64,000 nucleotides of DNA. It comes from a virus. The stretch is from the IMG/VR virus record IMGVR_UViG_3300035698_017294, positions 32,001 through 96,000 of that record; one strand, given 5' to 3'. The position numbers were made by a program, and so were the translations under genes. Positions 1 to 7,633 of this stretch are shown in pieces. Numbering within the stretch: the first letter of the stretch is position 1; each line of letters opens with the position of its first letter. Under the pieces are notes generated by a model. It saw only the letters and a program-made list of their open reading frames with translations. It was not told where the DNA came from and made no database searches.

Positions 1-31
1 CGAGTTTTGATTCGGCATTATTTTTCACCAT
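1..31 (-). mobile_element. Probable 5' end of a group I intron in polA
   Basis: After ..AKGINFG the expected motif-B YG is missing. Exon end TTCGGT^AT pairs with ATGCCGAA (11-18) as a P1 helix with a U.G pair at the junction, phase 0. Confidence 0.6.
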
Positions 32-1363
32 ACCGAAATTGATGCCTTTGGCTTGTTGTCTTAGATCTGCATATTCCTCTTTAATCTCATGGTTCACAGT
101 TAATTCGGTGTATTCCATTTCGAATAGCAGGGAGGCAACATAGCTATGAATGTCATAGCCGTTCTCTAATGCGTAAATCCACGAATCCTCGCCAGATAGC
201 TCGGCAATTATTCGTAGCTCACAGCCAGCGTAATCTGAGGCCATGATAAGCCAATCGCCGAACTGTGCGGTAAACGCAGCTCTGTATACATTGGCTCGTG
301 GTATGTTTTGCAGGTTTGGATTTCGACTCGAAGAGCGGCCCGTATCTGCTTCAATTTGCTTAAAATCGGAATGTATTCTACCTGTATCGTCGCGAACATG
401 TTCGTCGTACAAAACCATTCCGTAGGTAGTTATCAGCTTGGACGCTTTGCGCCAGGCCAGTAGGTTTGCTACAACTGGTCTATCGCTGTATATCTCAATT
501 ACATCATTACCTGTTCCGGCAAGTGGTTTTCCTACAGCTGATTCTAAAATCGGCTTTACCTGCGCAGGTGATCCGTAGTTCAATAAATACGCAAACTCAT
601 CACCGAAGTCCAGCGCGCCTTGCCCAGTATCGGGCAGGTGCGGCTTTACAGCGTGATCCAATCGTATCTTAGCTAGATCGCGCGCCTTAATGGCAGAATC
701 TTCAAGCTTCTGCCAGCGCTCCTTATTTAGGAATATTCCATTTAATTCCATGTCACCCATAGCTGAAACTGTGCCACATTCTATGTTTAGCAGTTCTAGC
801 ATTTTTTTGTCGTTCATGGATTTTGCGTTAGCCAGCTGTTCCCCTATTATTGGTAGCATAACTTCTGCATCATACGCGGAATATTCTAGTTGGGCTTTTG
901 TAAAAGAATCGCCGTAAGTCATTTCTGCAAAAGAGTTCCGCTCCTCCTTATCCATTGGTTTATATCTTGGCAGGTAGCGTTCAACAAGATGGGCCAAACT
1001 AAACCCCTTCTTACGCTTACCCTTATTAAGCACTTGCTCAATTATGAACGTGTCCATAATATTAACAAGCTCAACTCCGAAGTTTGTTTTTATCATTTTA
1101 TAATCAAACTTCAGATTGTGTCCTACCCATTTAGTCTTTTGATTTCCTAAGAAATCTCCTAGACGGTCGTATTCAAGGGCACTTAGCTGCGCTACATCAA
1201 ATACGTACTGAAATTCATCTGTACCTAGCTGCACCAATAAAACTTGGCACGATAGCGGATCCAGTCCAGTTGTTTCAGTATCAAGACCTAACGCCGGGTA
1301 GTGCGAAAGCACGCCCAACGCCTTGTCTAAATCTTTGCCTGATGTAATTACTTTATAGCTCAT
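1..1363 (-). CDS. polA: DNA polymerase family A, exon 1 (3'-5' exonuclease plus polymerase up to motif B); continues off the window
   Basis: Absent from the ORF track. Manual translation from ATG 1363: MSYKVITSG..LGLDTETTGLDP (ExoI), GHNLKFD (ExoII), YSAYDA (ExoIII), TGRSSSRNPNLQNIP, DYAGCELRIIA (motif A), DIHS, RQQAKGINFG (motif B). Confidence 0.95.
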   Translation of the reverse strand, partial: MSYKVITSGKDLDKALGVLSHYPALGLDTETTGLDPLSCQVLLVQLGTDEFQYVFDVAQLSALEYDRLGDFLGNQKTKWVGHNLKFDYKMIKTNFGVELVNIMDTFIIEQVLNKGKRKKGFSLAHLVERYLPRYKPMDKEERNSFAEMTYGDSFTKAQLEYSAYDAEVMLPIIGEQLANAKSMNDKKMLELLNIECGTVSAMGDMELNGIFLNKERWQKLEDSAIKARDLAKIRLDHAVKPHLPDTGQGALDFGDEFAYLLNYGSPAQVKPILESAVGKPLAGTGNDVIEIYSDRPVVANLLAWRKASKLITTYGMVLYDEHVRDDTGRIHSDFKQIEADTGRSSSRNPNLQNIPRANVYRAAFTAQFGDWLIMASDYAGCELRIIAELSGEDSWIYALENGYDIHSYVASLLFEMEYTELTVNHEIKEEYADLRQQAKGINFGMVKNNAESKL

Positions 1364-2174
1364 CGACGTAGTATCTGAGTTTGTTGGTAGCGTCCTTGGA
1401 CAGTTCTTCCAATACTGCTTTCTTGATTTGTCTCACACGTTCGCGCGTGATGCCAAATAAGTTTCCAATCTCTTCAAGAGTAAGAGGATGTATATCTGCT
1501 ATTCCGTAATACAATCTTAAAATATCTTTTTCGCGTGGTCCGAGGTTTCGTATCACGACCTCGATATGTTTTAACTTTTCATCCTGATGTAAAAAGTAAT
1601 CCGGTTCTGGGTCATCTGCTTGGATGGTATCTTTTATTTCTATACCTTCAGCATTAGTGTCATATAAACTTACTGGGGTAAGGCTACCATGCAGCATTTC
1701 GAAGGTATCGACTTTACTGCCAAGTGCGTCTTGAATCTCAATAAGGGTTGGCATGCGTCCAAGTTTTTTTGCTAGGGTATCTAGCTGTCCCTTATATCTA
1801 CTAATATCAATATTCTTGTTAGCGGGCAGTCGTATCAGCCGACCTTGGTCAGCTATGTATTTTAAAATCGCTTGCCGGATCCACCATGTAGCATAAGTGA
1901 TAAGCCTGAACCCGCGTTCTGGGTCGAATCTCTCGACTGCGGTTATAAGGCCCTCGTTACCTGATTGTATTAGATCGTCGAGCGATAGCTTGTCGTTTTC
2001 ATATTTCTTTGCGATGGTTATGACATATCGCAGATTACAAACTATAAGCCTATCCCTGGCTTCCATGTCGTCTCTATTTCTGAAGTATCGAAACGATAGC
2101 TCTTTTTCTTCCTGTGGCTTTAGAAGGGGATAACATGATATCTGTCGCAGATATATTTTGATGTTATTATCCAT
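1353..2174 (-). CDS. RNA polymerase sigma-70 family factor (short RpoD/RpoS-like)
   Basis: YLRQI..LL, NLRYVITIAKKY, DLIQSGNEGLITAVERFDPERGFRLITYATWWIRQAI (region 2), TLEEIGNLFGITRERVRQI (region 4). Confidence 0.95.
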   Translation of the reverse strand: MDNNIKIYLRQISCYPLLKPQEEKELSFRYFRNRDDMEARDRLIVCNLRYVITIAKKYENDKLSLDDLIQSGNEGLITAVERFDPERGFRLITYATWWIRQAILKYIADQGRLIRLPANKNIDISRYKGQLDTLAKKLGRMPTLIEIQDALGSKVDTFEMLHGSLTPVSLYDTNAEGIEIKDTIQADDPEPDYFLHQDEKLKHIEVVIRNLGPREKDILRLYYGIADIHPLTLEEIGNLFGITRERVRQIKKAVLEELSKDATNKLRYYVDEL

Positions 2175-2679
2175 TAATGCTTCCCATTAGTAATGAGTTG
2201 AAAGATACTGGGGCTTCGCCCCACAGCGAGCAGTCTATATTTACTACAGACTTGTCCAGTAGATATGAGTAGTGAGCACCCCTCATATGCTGTCCAGGGC
2301 GTTTGCGACTCCATTCAGCAGATGCGTCACTCACTATTTCTGGTATCTTAGATGAAGTTAGGTTCTTAGCTAAAGTGCTTACGACAAACACGGCATTCCT
2401 CTTTGGGTTATTTCGCAAAGTGAATGTTCCATCACTGTATAGAAATAGGTTTTTGAACTTAACCCCTTTATTGCCTTCGACATTGTACTCGGAACCTGTT
2501 ACGAATACAATTAGGCCGTTTAGCGCTAGCTGATAATAATCAGCTTTGCCGTCAGAAAAATTTCCGACGTGTATTACCATATCTTCGGCACGGACGGTTT
2601 TATTCCAGTTGTTTATACGTAGTGCATTCTGTTCCGGGGTATCCCCAGAGAAGCCTACATTGCCGATAAGGTATAGCAT
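2167..2679 (-). CDS. Degenerate calcineurin-like phosphoesterase-family protein
   Basis: INNWNKTV..ED.VIHVGNFS resembles the phage metallophosphoesterase at 30915-31430, but metal ligands are substituted. Confidence 0.5.
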   Translation of the reverse strand: MLYLIGNVGFSGDTPEQNALRINNWNKTVRAEDMVIHVGNFSDGKADYYQLALNGLIVFVTGSEYNVEGNKGVKFKNLFLYSDGTFTLRNNPKRNAVFVVSTLAKNLTSSKIPEIVSDASAEWSRKRPGQHMRGAHYSYLLDKSVVNIDCSLWGEAPVSFNSLLMGSING

Positions 2680-2681
2680 GG

Positions 2682-2972
2682 TTAGTTTATTTCCTTGTCG
2701 TCTTCGGTGAAGTCAGGTAGATCGGTATCCAACTCATCTCCAAATTTATCTATGAATGATTCACTGAGCGTAAATAGCGCAGTTCGTAAGACGCTTAAGG
2801 TGTTTTCCATGCCCTTTTTCTCTGGCAGTTTATCACCATTTTCATCTTGTACTACGCCGGTTTCTATAATAAGAGACTTGTCCGCAGATAGATAGATTTG
2901 CAATATAAGTGCATCGTCATCAGTGATATTGTACTCTTCAGTAAAATCCGCAGTATATTCTTTTTTTGGCAT
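2682..2972 (-). CDS. Hypothetical acidic protein
   Basis: ORF packed in the operon. Confidence 0.7.
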   Translation of the reverse strand: MPKKEYTADFTEEYNITDDDALILQIYLSADKSLIIETGVVQDENGDKLPEKKGMENTLSVLRTALFTLSESFIDKFGDELDTDLPDFTEDDKEIN

Positions 2973-2980
2973 TCAATTTC

Positions 2981-3685
2981 CTAGTGTTTTATAAATACTA
3001 CATCCTTCGGCGTTACTTTATCAAAGCATAGCCGACATGTTTCGCATGCCCCTTTGAGATCCATTTTTCCGGATGTTGCCGGACAAGCAAATGAATTCTT
3101 TGGTAGTTCTTTAGTTTTAGCCCATGGGCCAAACGCTAGTTTAATCTTATACTTTTTCGCGAATTTCTTTGCCGCTTTTGCGTTATAGTCATCACTAGAA
3201 GCTAGCAGATAAAAGTTCTTTAGCTTCACTATCTTTTTGAAGTCTAAATCAAATGACCTCGTATAGGCCCAGAACACCGTGCCTGGCTTTGACTTTATAA
3301 CTTTGGTCCATGCATCTATTGCAAACTGGCTGTGGAAATCGCCAGATTCGTGTATTCGAAAAATATCGGCAGTTCGTGGTATCATTTTCTTAAGTGCATT
3401 AGCACATAATATAATACCGTTTGGATCGGATTCCAAGTGTTTTATTAGTGCCCAATTTTGGGCAAATGCTGATTGAACAGCAACAAAAATATGTCTGCCT
3501 TTCATTGCGTAGCACCCTTTACACGCCTCGGTTTCGCCCGGACATGAATACTCTTTGGATGCTGGTAAAGAAAATGCTCTTTTTGACTTCGTTGAGATCT
3601 TAGCTGGGGAAGATGCTTTAAACCCCTCCGGTATTATCGTATTTAATACGACACCTTCCATCTTTTGTGTATATGTGTTGATCAT
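2981..3685 (-). CDS. Gp88-like phage protein (radical-SAM-like Cys cluster)
   Basis: FSLPA..SCPGETEACKGCYA, FRIHESGDF, WAYTRS, C-terminal CPA..CETCRLC. Confidence 0.75.
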   Translation of the reverse strand: MINTYTQKMEGVVLNTIIPEGFKASSPAKISTKSKRAFSLPASKEYSCPGETEACKGCYAMKGRHIFVAVQSAFAQNWALIKHLESDPNGIILCANALKKMIPRTADIFRIHESGDFHSQFAIDAWTKVIKSKPGTVFWAYTRSFDLDFKKIVKLKNFYLLASSDDYNAKAAKKFAKKYKIKLAFGPWAKTKELPKNSFACPATSGKMDLKGACETCRLCFDKVTPKDVVFIKH

Positions 3686-3712
3686 TAGTTTCCTGTGTAG
3701 TTTAAGTATTGA

Positions 3713-4102
3713 TTACTTAAAACTTACACTAGGACTGATACTTATTTTATTTATATTTTTAGTGTATATGTCGTTAAAATCACCAGTATACGTGTCACAA
3801 GTGGGCGGACTATCAAGTAGTAATGTAAAACTTTCGTCGTCATTTTCCACAACAGTACAATCGAAAAGTACCTCTATATTGGAAGTAGGTAGTTTGAATT
3901 TGACAAATAGTTCGGTATCCTCGTCACGCCAAGAAGATTCTTCAATACGTATATTTTCAAGAACTAAGGCTTTTTCAATATATTTAATTATTGAGGATCT
4001 TAATAATGGTATAGCTTGCTCCGAAACGGAGTCTAATACCAGGCCATACGGAATTTTTCCCACTGGGCACTGGTCCGCATAATCTCCATATTCGTTAGAC
4101 AT
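3713..4102 (-). CDS. Hypothetical protein
   Basis: ORF, operon packing. Confidence 0.65.
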   Translation of the reverse strand: MSNEYGDYADQCPVGKIPYGLVLDSVSEQAIPLLRSSIIKYIEKALVLENIRIEESSWRDEDTELFVKFKLPTSNIEVLFDCTVVENDDESFTLLLDSPPTCDTYTGDFNDIYTKNINKISISPSVSFK

Positions 4103-4436
4103 CTTTAGGTGCCCCCTGCGCTTCCATTATATTAGAGGGTATTGTACATATTTTACATATCTCCAACTTATTGCCTGGAATATGCGCTACCAGTCCTCCC
4201 CTAGCCTGTAGGTCCCTAATGCCATATACAACAGGATGAAATCTTATGTCCGTTAAATGGACACCTTCAAGTAAATCATTAAAAACGTTTACGGCTATAT
4301 TATGCCTTAACCGTTTAAGTTCCTGTTTGTACGGTTCTGGAAGAGTGGCCTCTAAGCGTTGAGTAGCGTCAATACATGTAACACCAATTTTTTTATCATT
4401 GGCAACATCATATCTTGTGCTTTTTGTACAACTCAT
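4095..4436 (-). CDS. Hypothetical protein
   Basis: ORF with overlapping start/stop. Confidence 0.65.
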   Translation of the reverse strand: MSCTKSTRYDVANDKKIGVTCIDATQRLEATLPEPYKQELKRLRHNIAVNVFNDLLEGVHLTDIRFHPVVYGIRDLQARGGLVAHIPGNKLEICKICTIPSNIMEAQGAPKDV

Positions 4437-4629
4437 TACTCCTACAATCTAGTACAGCAGTACCATCGTTTCTCATTAGGCAGAAATCCCAATTGTTCTT
4501 TTGTAGCACGCCTTTGCTGTATTTTGCCTGGAATGCGGTTTTACTGGTTTGTGACACAATAGAATACTGGACACCCAGATTACACGATGTCGCCGCCAGC
4601 TTAAAAAGAAACTCGATTACATCTTTCAT
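4408..4629 (-). CDS. Hypothetical protein
   Basis: ORF with ATGA overlap to the upstream gene. Confidence 0.55.
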   Translation of the reverse strand: MKDVIEFLFKLAATSCNLGVQYSIVSQTSKTAFQAKYSKGVLQKNNWDFCLMRNDGTAVLDCRSNELYKKHKI

Positions 4630-5207
4630 TTCTTAGCCCTCATGAACAGGTAGTAGTATCGTAAACTAACGCCGTCCATAAGTCGGCAGCAGAATATCCA
4701 GCTGCCTTCCTGTAGCTCTTCTACTAGCTCTTCAACGGTCTGTGTGAGACATTCAGATGCCCTATACTCTACGCCATTGACAAAGAAGTCAATGACCTCC
4801 CCGGTGCGTGCTTCGATCAATGTCTCAATCTGCTTACGCAGTTCTCTGGGCTTAATCTCATGTTCAGCTGCAATCTTACGAATTAGGCGCTGCGACTTGC
4901 CCTCATTCATAGACTCTTTTGGCTCTTCTATTAACTCCCCAGTTCCTTCCCCCACTGCGGCACAGTCGTGATCTTTACTCTTTTCTGCCTTAGCCGATTT
5001 AGCCTTTGGCTTACGTTTTGCCTTTTCAGGCTTTGCTGCAGTATCGGCTTTCGTCTTCTTATTCGCAGTGGCTTTCTTAGGTGCCACGCCAGTATTCTGC
5101 TTAGGCTGTCCAGATTCATCGCTTGCCTCCCTTCTTGCTTTAACTTCCTCTAGCGATAGCCCTAAAGCTATTTCTTCCTTCGTTCTTCTTATGCGTGATG
5201 CCATCAA
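4626..5207 (-). CDS. Hypothetical protein with Lys/Ala-rich (histone H1-like) linker
   Basis: APKKATANKKTKADTAAKPEKAKRKPKAK low-complexity basic tract. Confidence 0.7.
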   Translation of the reverse strand: MMASRIRRTKEEIALGLSLEEVKARREASDESGQPKQNTGVAPKKATANKKTKADTAAKPEKAKRKPKAKSAKAEKSKDHDCAAVGEGTGELIEEPKESMNEGKSQRLIRKIAAEHEIKPRELRKQIETLIEARTGEVIDFFVNGVEYRASECLTQTVEELVEELQEGSWIFCCRLMDGVSLRYYYLFMRAKK

Positions 5208-5224
5208 CGTCCTTTCGTATATGT

Positions 5225-5252
5225 AAAAGAAGTGGACACAATAGTGCCCACT
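5225..5252 (-). terminator. Intrinsic terminator
   Basis: AGTGGGCAC-tatt-GTGTCCACT hairpin followed by TCTTTT on the minus strand. Confidence 0.55.
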
Positions 5253-5264
5253 CCTCTAAATAGT

Positions 5265-5741
5265 CTATTTTTGCCGCATCAGTTGAGAAAGGTACCATGC
5301 CTTCAATGCGCGGTAGGTTGTTTTGTGGGGTATGGTTTTCCCCGCCCGCATGTTATGGATCGTAGTGCTTGTCACACCTAAGGTCAACGCAGCGGCTCTT
5401 TGGTTGTTGTTATGTGCTTCGATTAGCTTTACTACCATTTTTTCAGTTTCTGCTTTTGCCTTTGATGTTGAATGTGGAGGCCACTGAGTTCCTCCAGTCA
5501 GTGCGAAAATCCTAACTAAATCGTTCTCGTACTCCGGTACCAGTTTCATCATTTTGGCTATTTCGTACAGTTTAGCCATGTGCTTCTGTTGGGGGCGTGT
5601 GCCATTAATCCACCTGGCTATTTGTCGAGTATGTACGCCGACTTTGTTAGCAAGAATATCGGCCTCTATGCCCTGAATGATACCCTCTACTAACTCACTA
5701 ACGGTTACTGGATTGTTAACTGAATGGTCAAATGTTTGCAT
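5265..5741 (-). CDS. Tandem XRE/Cro-type HTH protein
   Basis: Two HTH-like units: LANKVGVHTRQIARWINGTRP and QRAAALTLGVTSTTIHNMRAGKTIP. Confidence 0.7.
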   Translation of the reverse strand: MQTFDHSVNNPVTVSELVEGIIQGIEADILANKVGVHTRQIARWINGTRPQQKHMAKLYEIAKMMKLVPEYENDLVRIFALTGGTQWPPHSTSKAKAETEKMVVKLIEAHNNNQRAAALTLGVTSTTIHNMRAGKTIPHKTTYRALKAWYLSQLMRQK

Positions 5742-5751
5742 CTAATGCTCC

Positions 5752-6363
5752 TTACTTAAAACTGTGTATGTACTTAATAGGATAGGCGTCTTCGCGAATC
5801 ATATGCAGGAATACCTGACTACCGATGGTAGCTATGATCTTATTGCCCTGCTGAATTATGTTCTGATCTAGCTCATACTTCATCTGGCAACTTGTGTCTT
5901 CGCGTCCGGTTTTTACCGTATCAAGTAAATCTTCAACTTTCGCCTTGGGATGAGATGTGAACAATGCTACGGTTGCACCTTCAGATCTCATATCAATGAA
6001 CTTAAACTTGGTTGTGTCCCACAGTTCAAACATATGCCTGCGGAAACTGGTCCCATCAACACAACTGATAACGAAATCGTATCCATCGTCCAAGTATTCT
6101 TGTAGGTCTGTTACCCGTCCGATTATTCCTTTATGAACCTGTAGGTCTTTTTTCCATCTTGTCTTAAGCGCCTTTACCTTGAATTCGCCAATATCGTCTT
6201 TGGTAAAATTCTGATACTTGATTACCTTTTCTGTAACCATATCATCATCTATCATCGTGAACAGGTAATTATTAGGTATCTGGTCGGCGATCATCAGTTC
6301 GTGCATTTCATACATGAAGCGGCTACCAATGCCGCCTACGCCAACTACTAAAACTTTTATCAT
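5752..6363 (-). CDS. ThiF/MoeB/E1-family ubiquitin-like activating enzyme
   Basis: VVGVGGIGS (GxGxxG), IDDDMV..YQ, GEFKV.AL, VISCVDG..FR, FIDMRSEG, candidate catalytic Cys in DTSCQ; no Zn CxxC pairs. Confidence 0.9.
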   Translation of the reverse strand: MIKVLVVGVGGIGSRFMYEMHELMIADQIPNNYLFTMIDDDMVTEKVIKYQNFTKDDIGEFKVKALKTRWKKDLQVHKGIIGRVTDLQEYLDDGYDFVISCVDGTSFRRHMFELWDTTKFKFIDMRSEGATVALFTSHPKAKVEDLLDTVKTGREDTSCQMKYELDQNIIQQGNKIIATIGSQVFLHMIREDAYPIKYIHSFK

Positions 6364-6836
6364 TCGTGTATCTCCAACTTTACTGATGTATACCCATCAT
6401 TTTCATAATTCCACTTCCATCCGCGAAGTATTTTATCGCCACCGCCCCAGATTAGGTATGGCACGTTGTGTCCGTTACCTCTCCGGTATTCTCCAGAATC
6501 AATAACTGATGGTATGCCAACGCTATGGGGATGATTATGTACCGACACGGCTTGTGTTTTGCTTTTTAGATCCATGACAGATGTATTTTTCAATACATTC
6601 ATCATTTGCTGCGGATCCATGCGATAGTCAGCAACGTCTTGCTGATGTTCGGATAGTAGGTTTGTGACCCAATGGAAATTCTCTACATGAAGAATAACAT
6701 CCTGCTTTCCAAAATATACGCCGGTAAAAAATCCACAGAATTCACGCTTGTACGCCATATCTAATGTAAACAGATGCTTTAGTAGGTGGCGCGGTACATG
6801 AATTAATTCAACACTTAGTGTCTTATGCTTATTCAA
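6360..6836 (-). CDS. JAB/MPN+ (JAMM) metalloprotease
   Basis: REFCGFF (catalytic Glu) and HNHPHSVGIPSVID (HxH-x7-S-x2-D). Confidence 0.9.
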   Translation of the reverse strand: MNKHKTLSVELIHVPRHLLKHLFTLDMAYKREFCGFFTGVYFGKQDVILHVENFHWVTNLLSEHQQDVADYRMDPQQMMNVLKNTSVMDLKSKTQAVSVHNHPHSVGIPSVIDSGEYRRGNGHNVPYLIWGGGDKILRGWKWNYENDGYTSVKLEIHE

Positions 6837-6864
6837 AACTTAAACTCCTGTGACTTAAATTTAT

Positions 6865-6892
6865 AAAGAAAGAGCGGGACTAGCCCGCTCTC
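6865..6892 (-). terminator. Intrinsic terminator between the Ubl and JAB genes
   Basis: GAGCGGG-ctagt-CCCGCTC followed by TTTCTTT on the minus strand. Confidence 0.7.
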
Positions 6893-6904
6893 ATTGTTGC
6901 CAAA

Positions 6905-7621
6905 TTAAATACGCAGTGCGTTGCGGAGATCAGCGTCATTTTGCTGAATAGTTCCTTCTAGTTGTTTCTTGATTGCACCAACGATATGATTTCTAGCGTT
7001 AAGGATGTCGTAGCGATTTTCATTATCAACCGTTACTTTTACCTTTTTATTTGCAGGATTCAATCCGACTAGCATATGGGCGTGGGGCTTAATTGACCCA
7101 GCGAACTTAGCTTCCATACGGCGCTTATCTACGCACGCAGCTACCAAGCTCATCTTACCTGTATTTAGGTCAGACATCACTTCGTTATACTCATCCTGGG
7201 TTAGCTGTACAAGTCCTGCTTCAATATACTTATACAATTCATTACGCCAAGCGAAGATCTCTGGAAGGCGATCTTTGTTAAGCTGAACTTCAATAACGTC
7301 AGGCTCGGTTTTAAAAGTGATAGCCACACAGGTGTCACCAATGTAGGGGAAGTTCTCATCTACATTAAGCACAATTGCATAGTTCTCAGCTCCACCAACT
7401 AAGGCTGCCGACAAAACAATGTTCTCTTCACCAATCAGGTCATCAGTGGTAATAGTGTTAACGTCCTGCATGCGGCCGTCAACAAACAACCATTTATCTT
7501 CGTCTTTTGCGATCTCTTGAATCTTTTTAACAGCCTCATTTGGAATCAGGCTATAAGGTGTATCACCCTCAGTACTCATCACTGCGAAATCTATCTTTTG
7601 GATATTATCTTCCATCTTCAT
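6905..7621 (-). CDS. Ubiquitin-like domain (aa 1-77, ends ALVGG) fused to a duplicated alpha/beta domain
   Basis: WLFVDG..DL..E.IVLSAALVGG is ThiS/MoaD/SAMP-like. GG lies at aa 76-77 (nt 7391-7396). Adjacent to JAB and E1. Confidence 0.75.
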   Translation of the reverse strand: MKMEDNIQKIDFAVMSTEGDTPYSLIPNEAVKKIQEIAKDEDKWLFVDGRMQDVNTITTDDLIGEENIVLSAALVGGAENYAIVLNVDENFPYIGDTCVAITFKTEPDVIEVQLNKDRLPEIFAWRNELYKYIEAGLVQLTQDEYNEVMSDLNTGKMSLVAACVDKRRMEAKFAGSIKPHAHMLVGLNPANKKVKVTVDNENRYDILNARNHIVGAIKKQLEGTIQQNDADLRNALRI

Positions 7622-7633
7622 TCCTTATGTATT

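Noticed and set aside
208-1150. Short ORFs listed in the track
   Set aside because: They are shadows or alternate frames of polA (1-1363, minus), which the track missed because it runs off the window.
5752-7621. ThiF/ThiS thiamine or MoeB/MoaD cofactor operon
   Set aside because: No thiG, moaE or cysM is in the window, and the Ubl is an N-terminal fusion. A sulfur-carrier role is not formally excluded.
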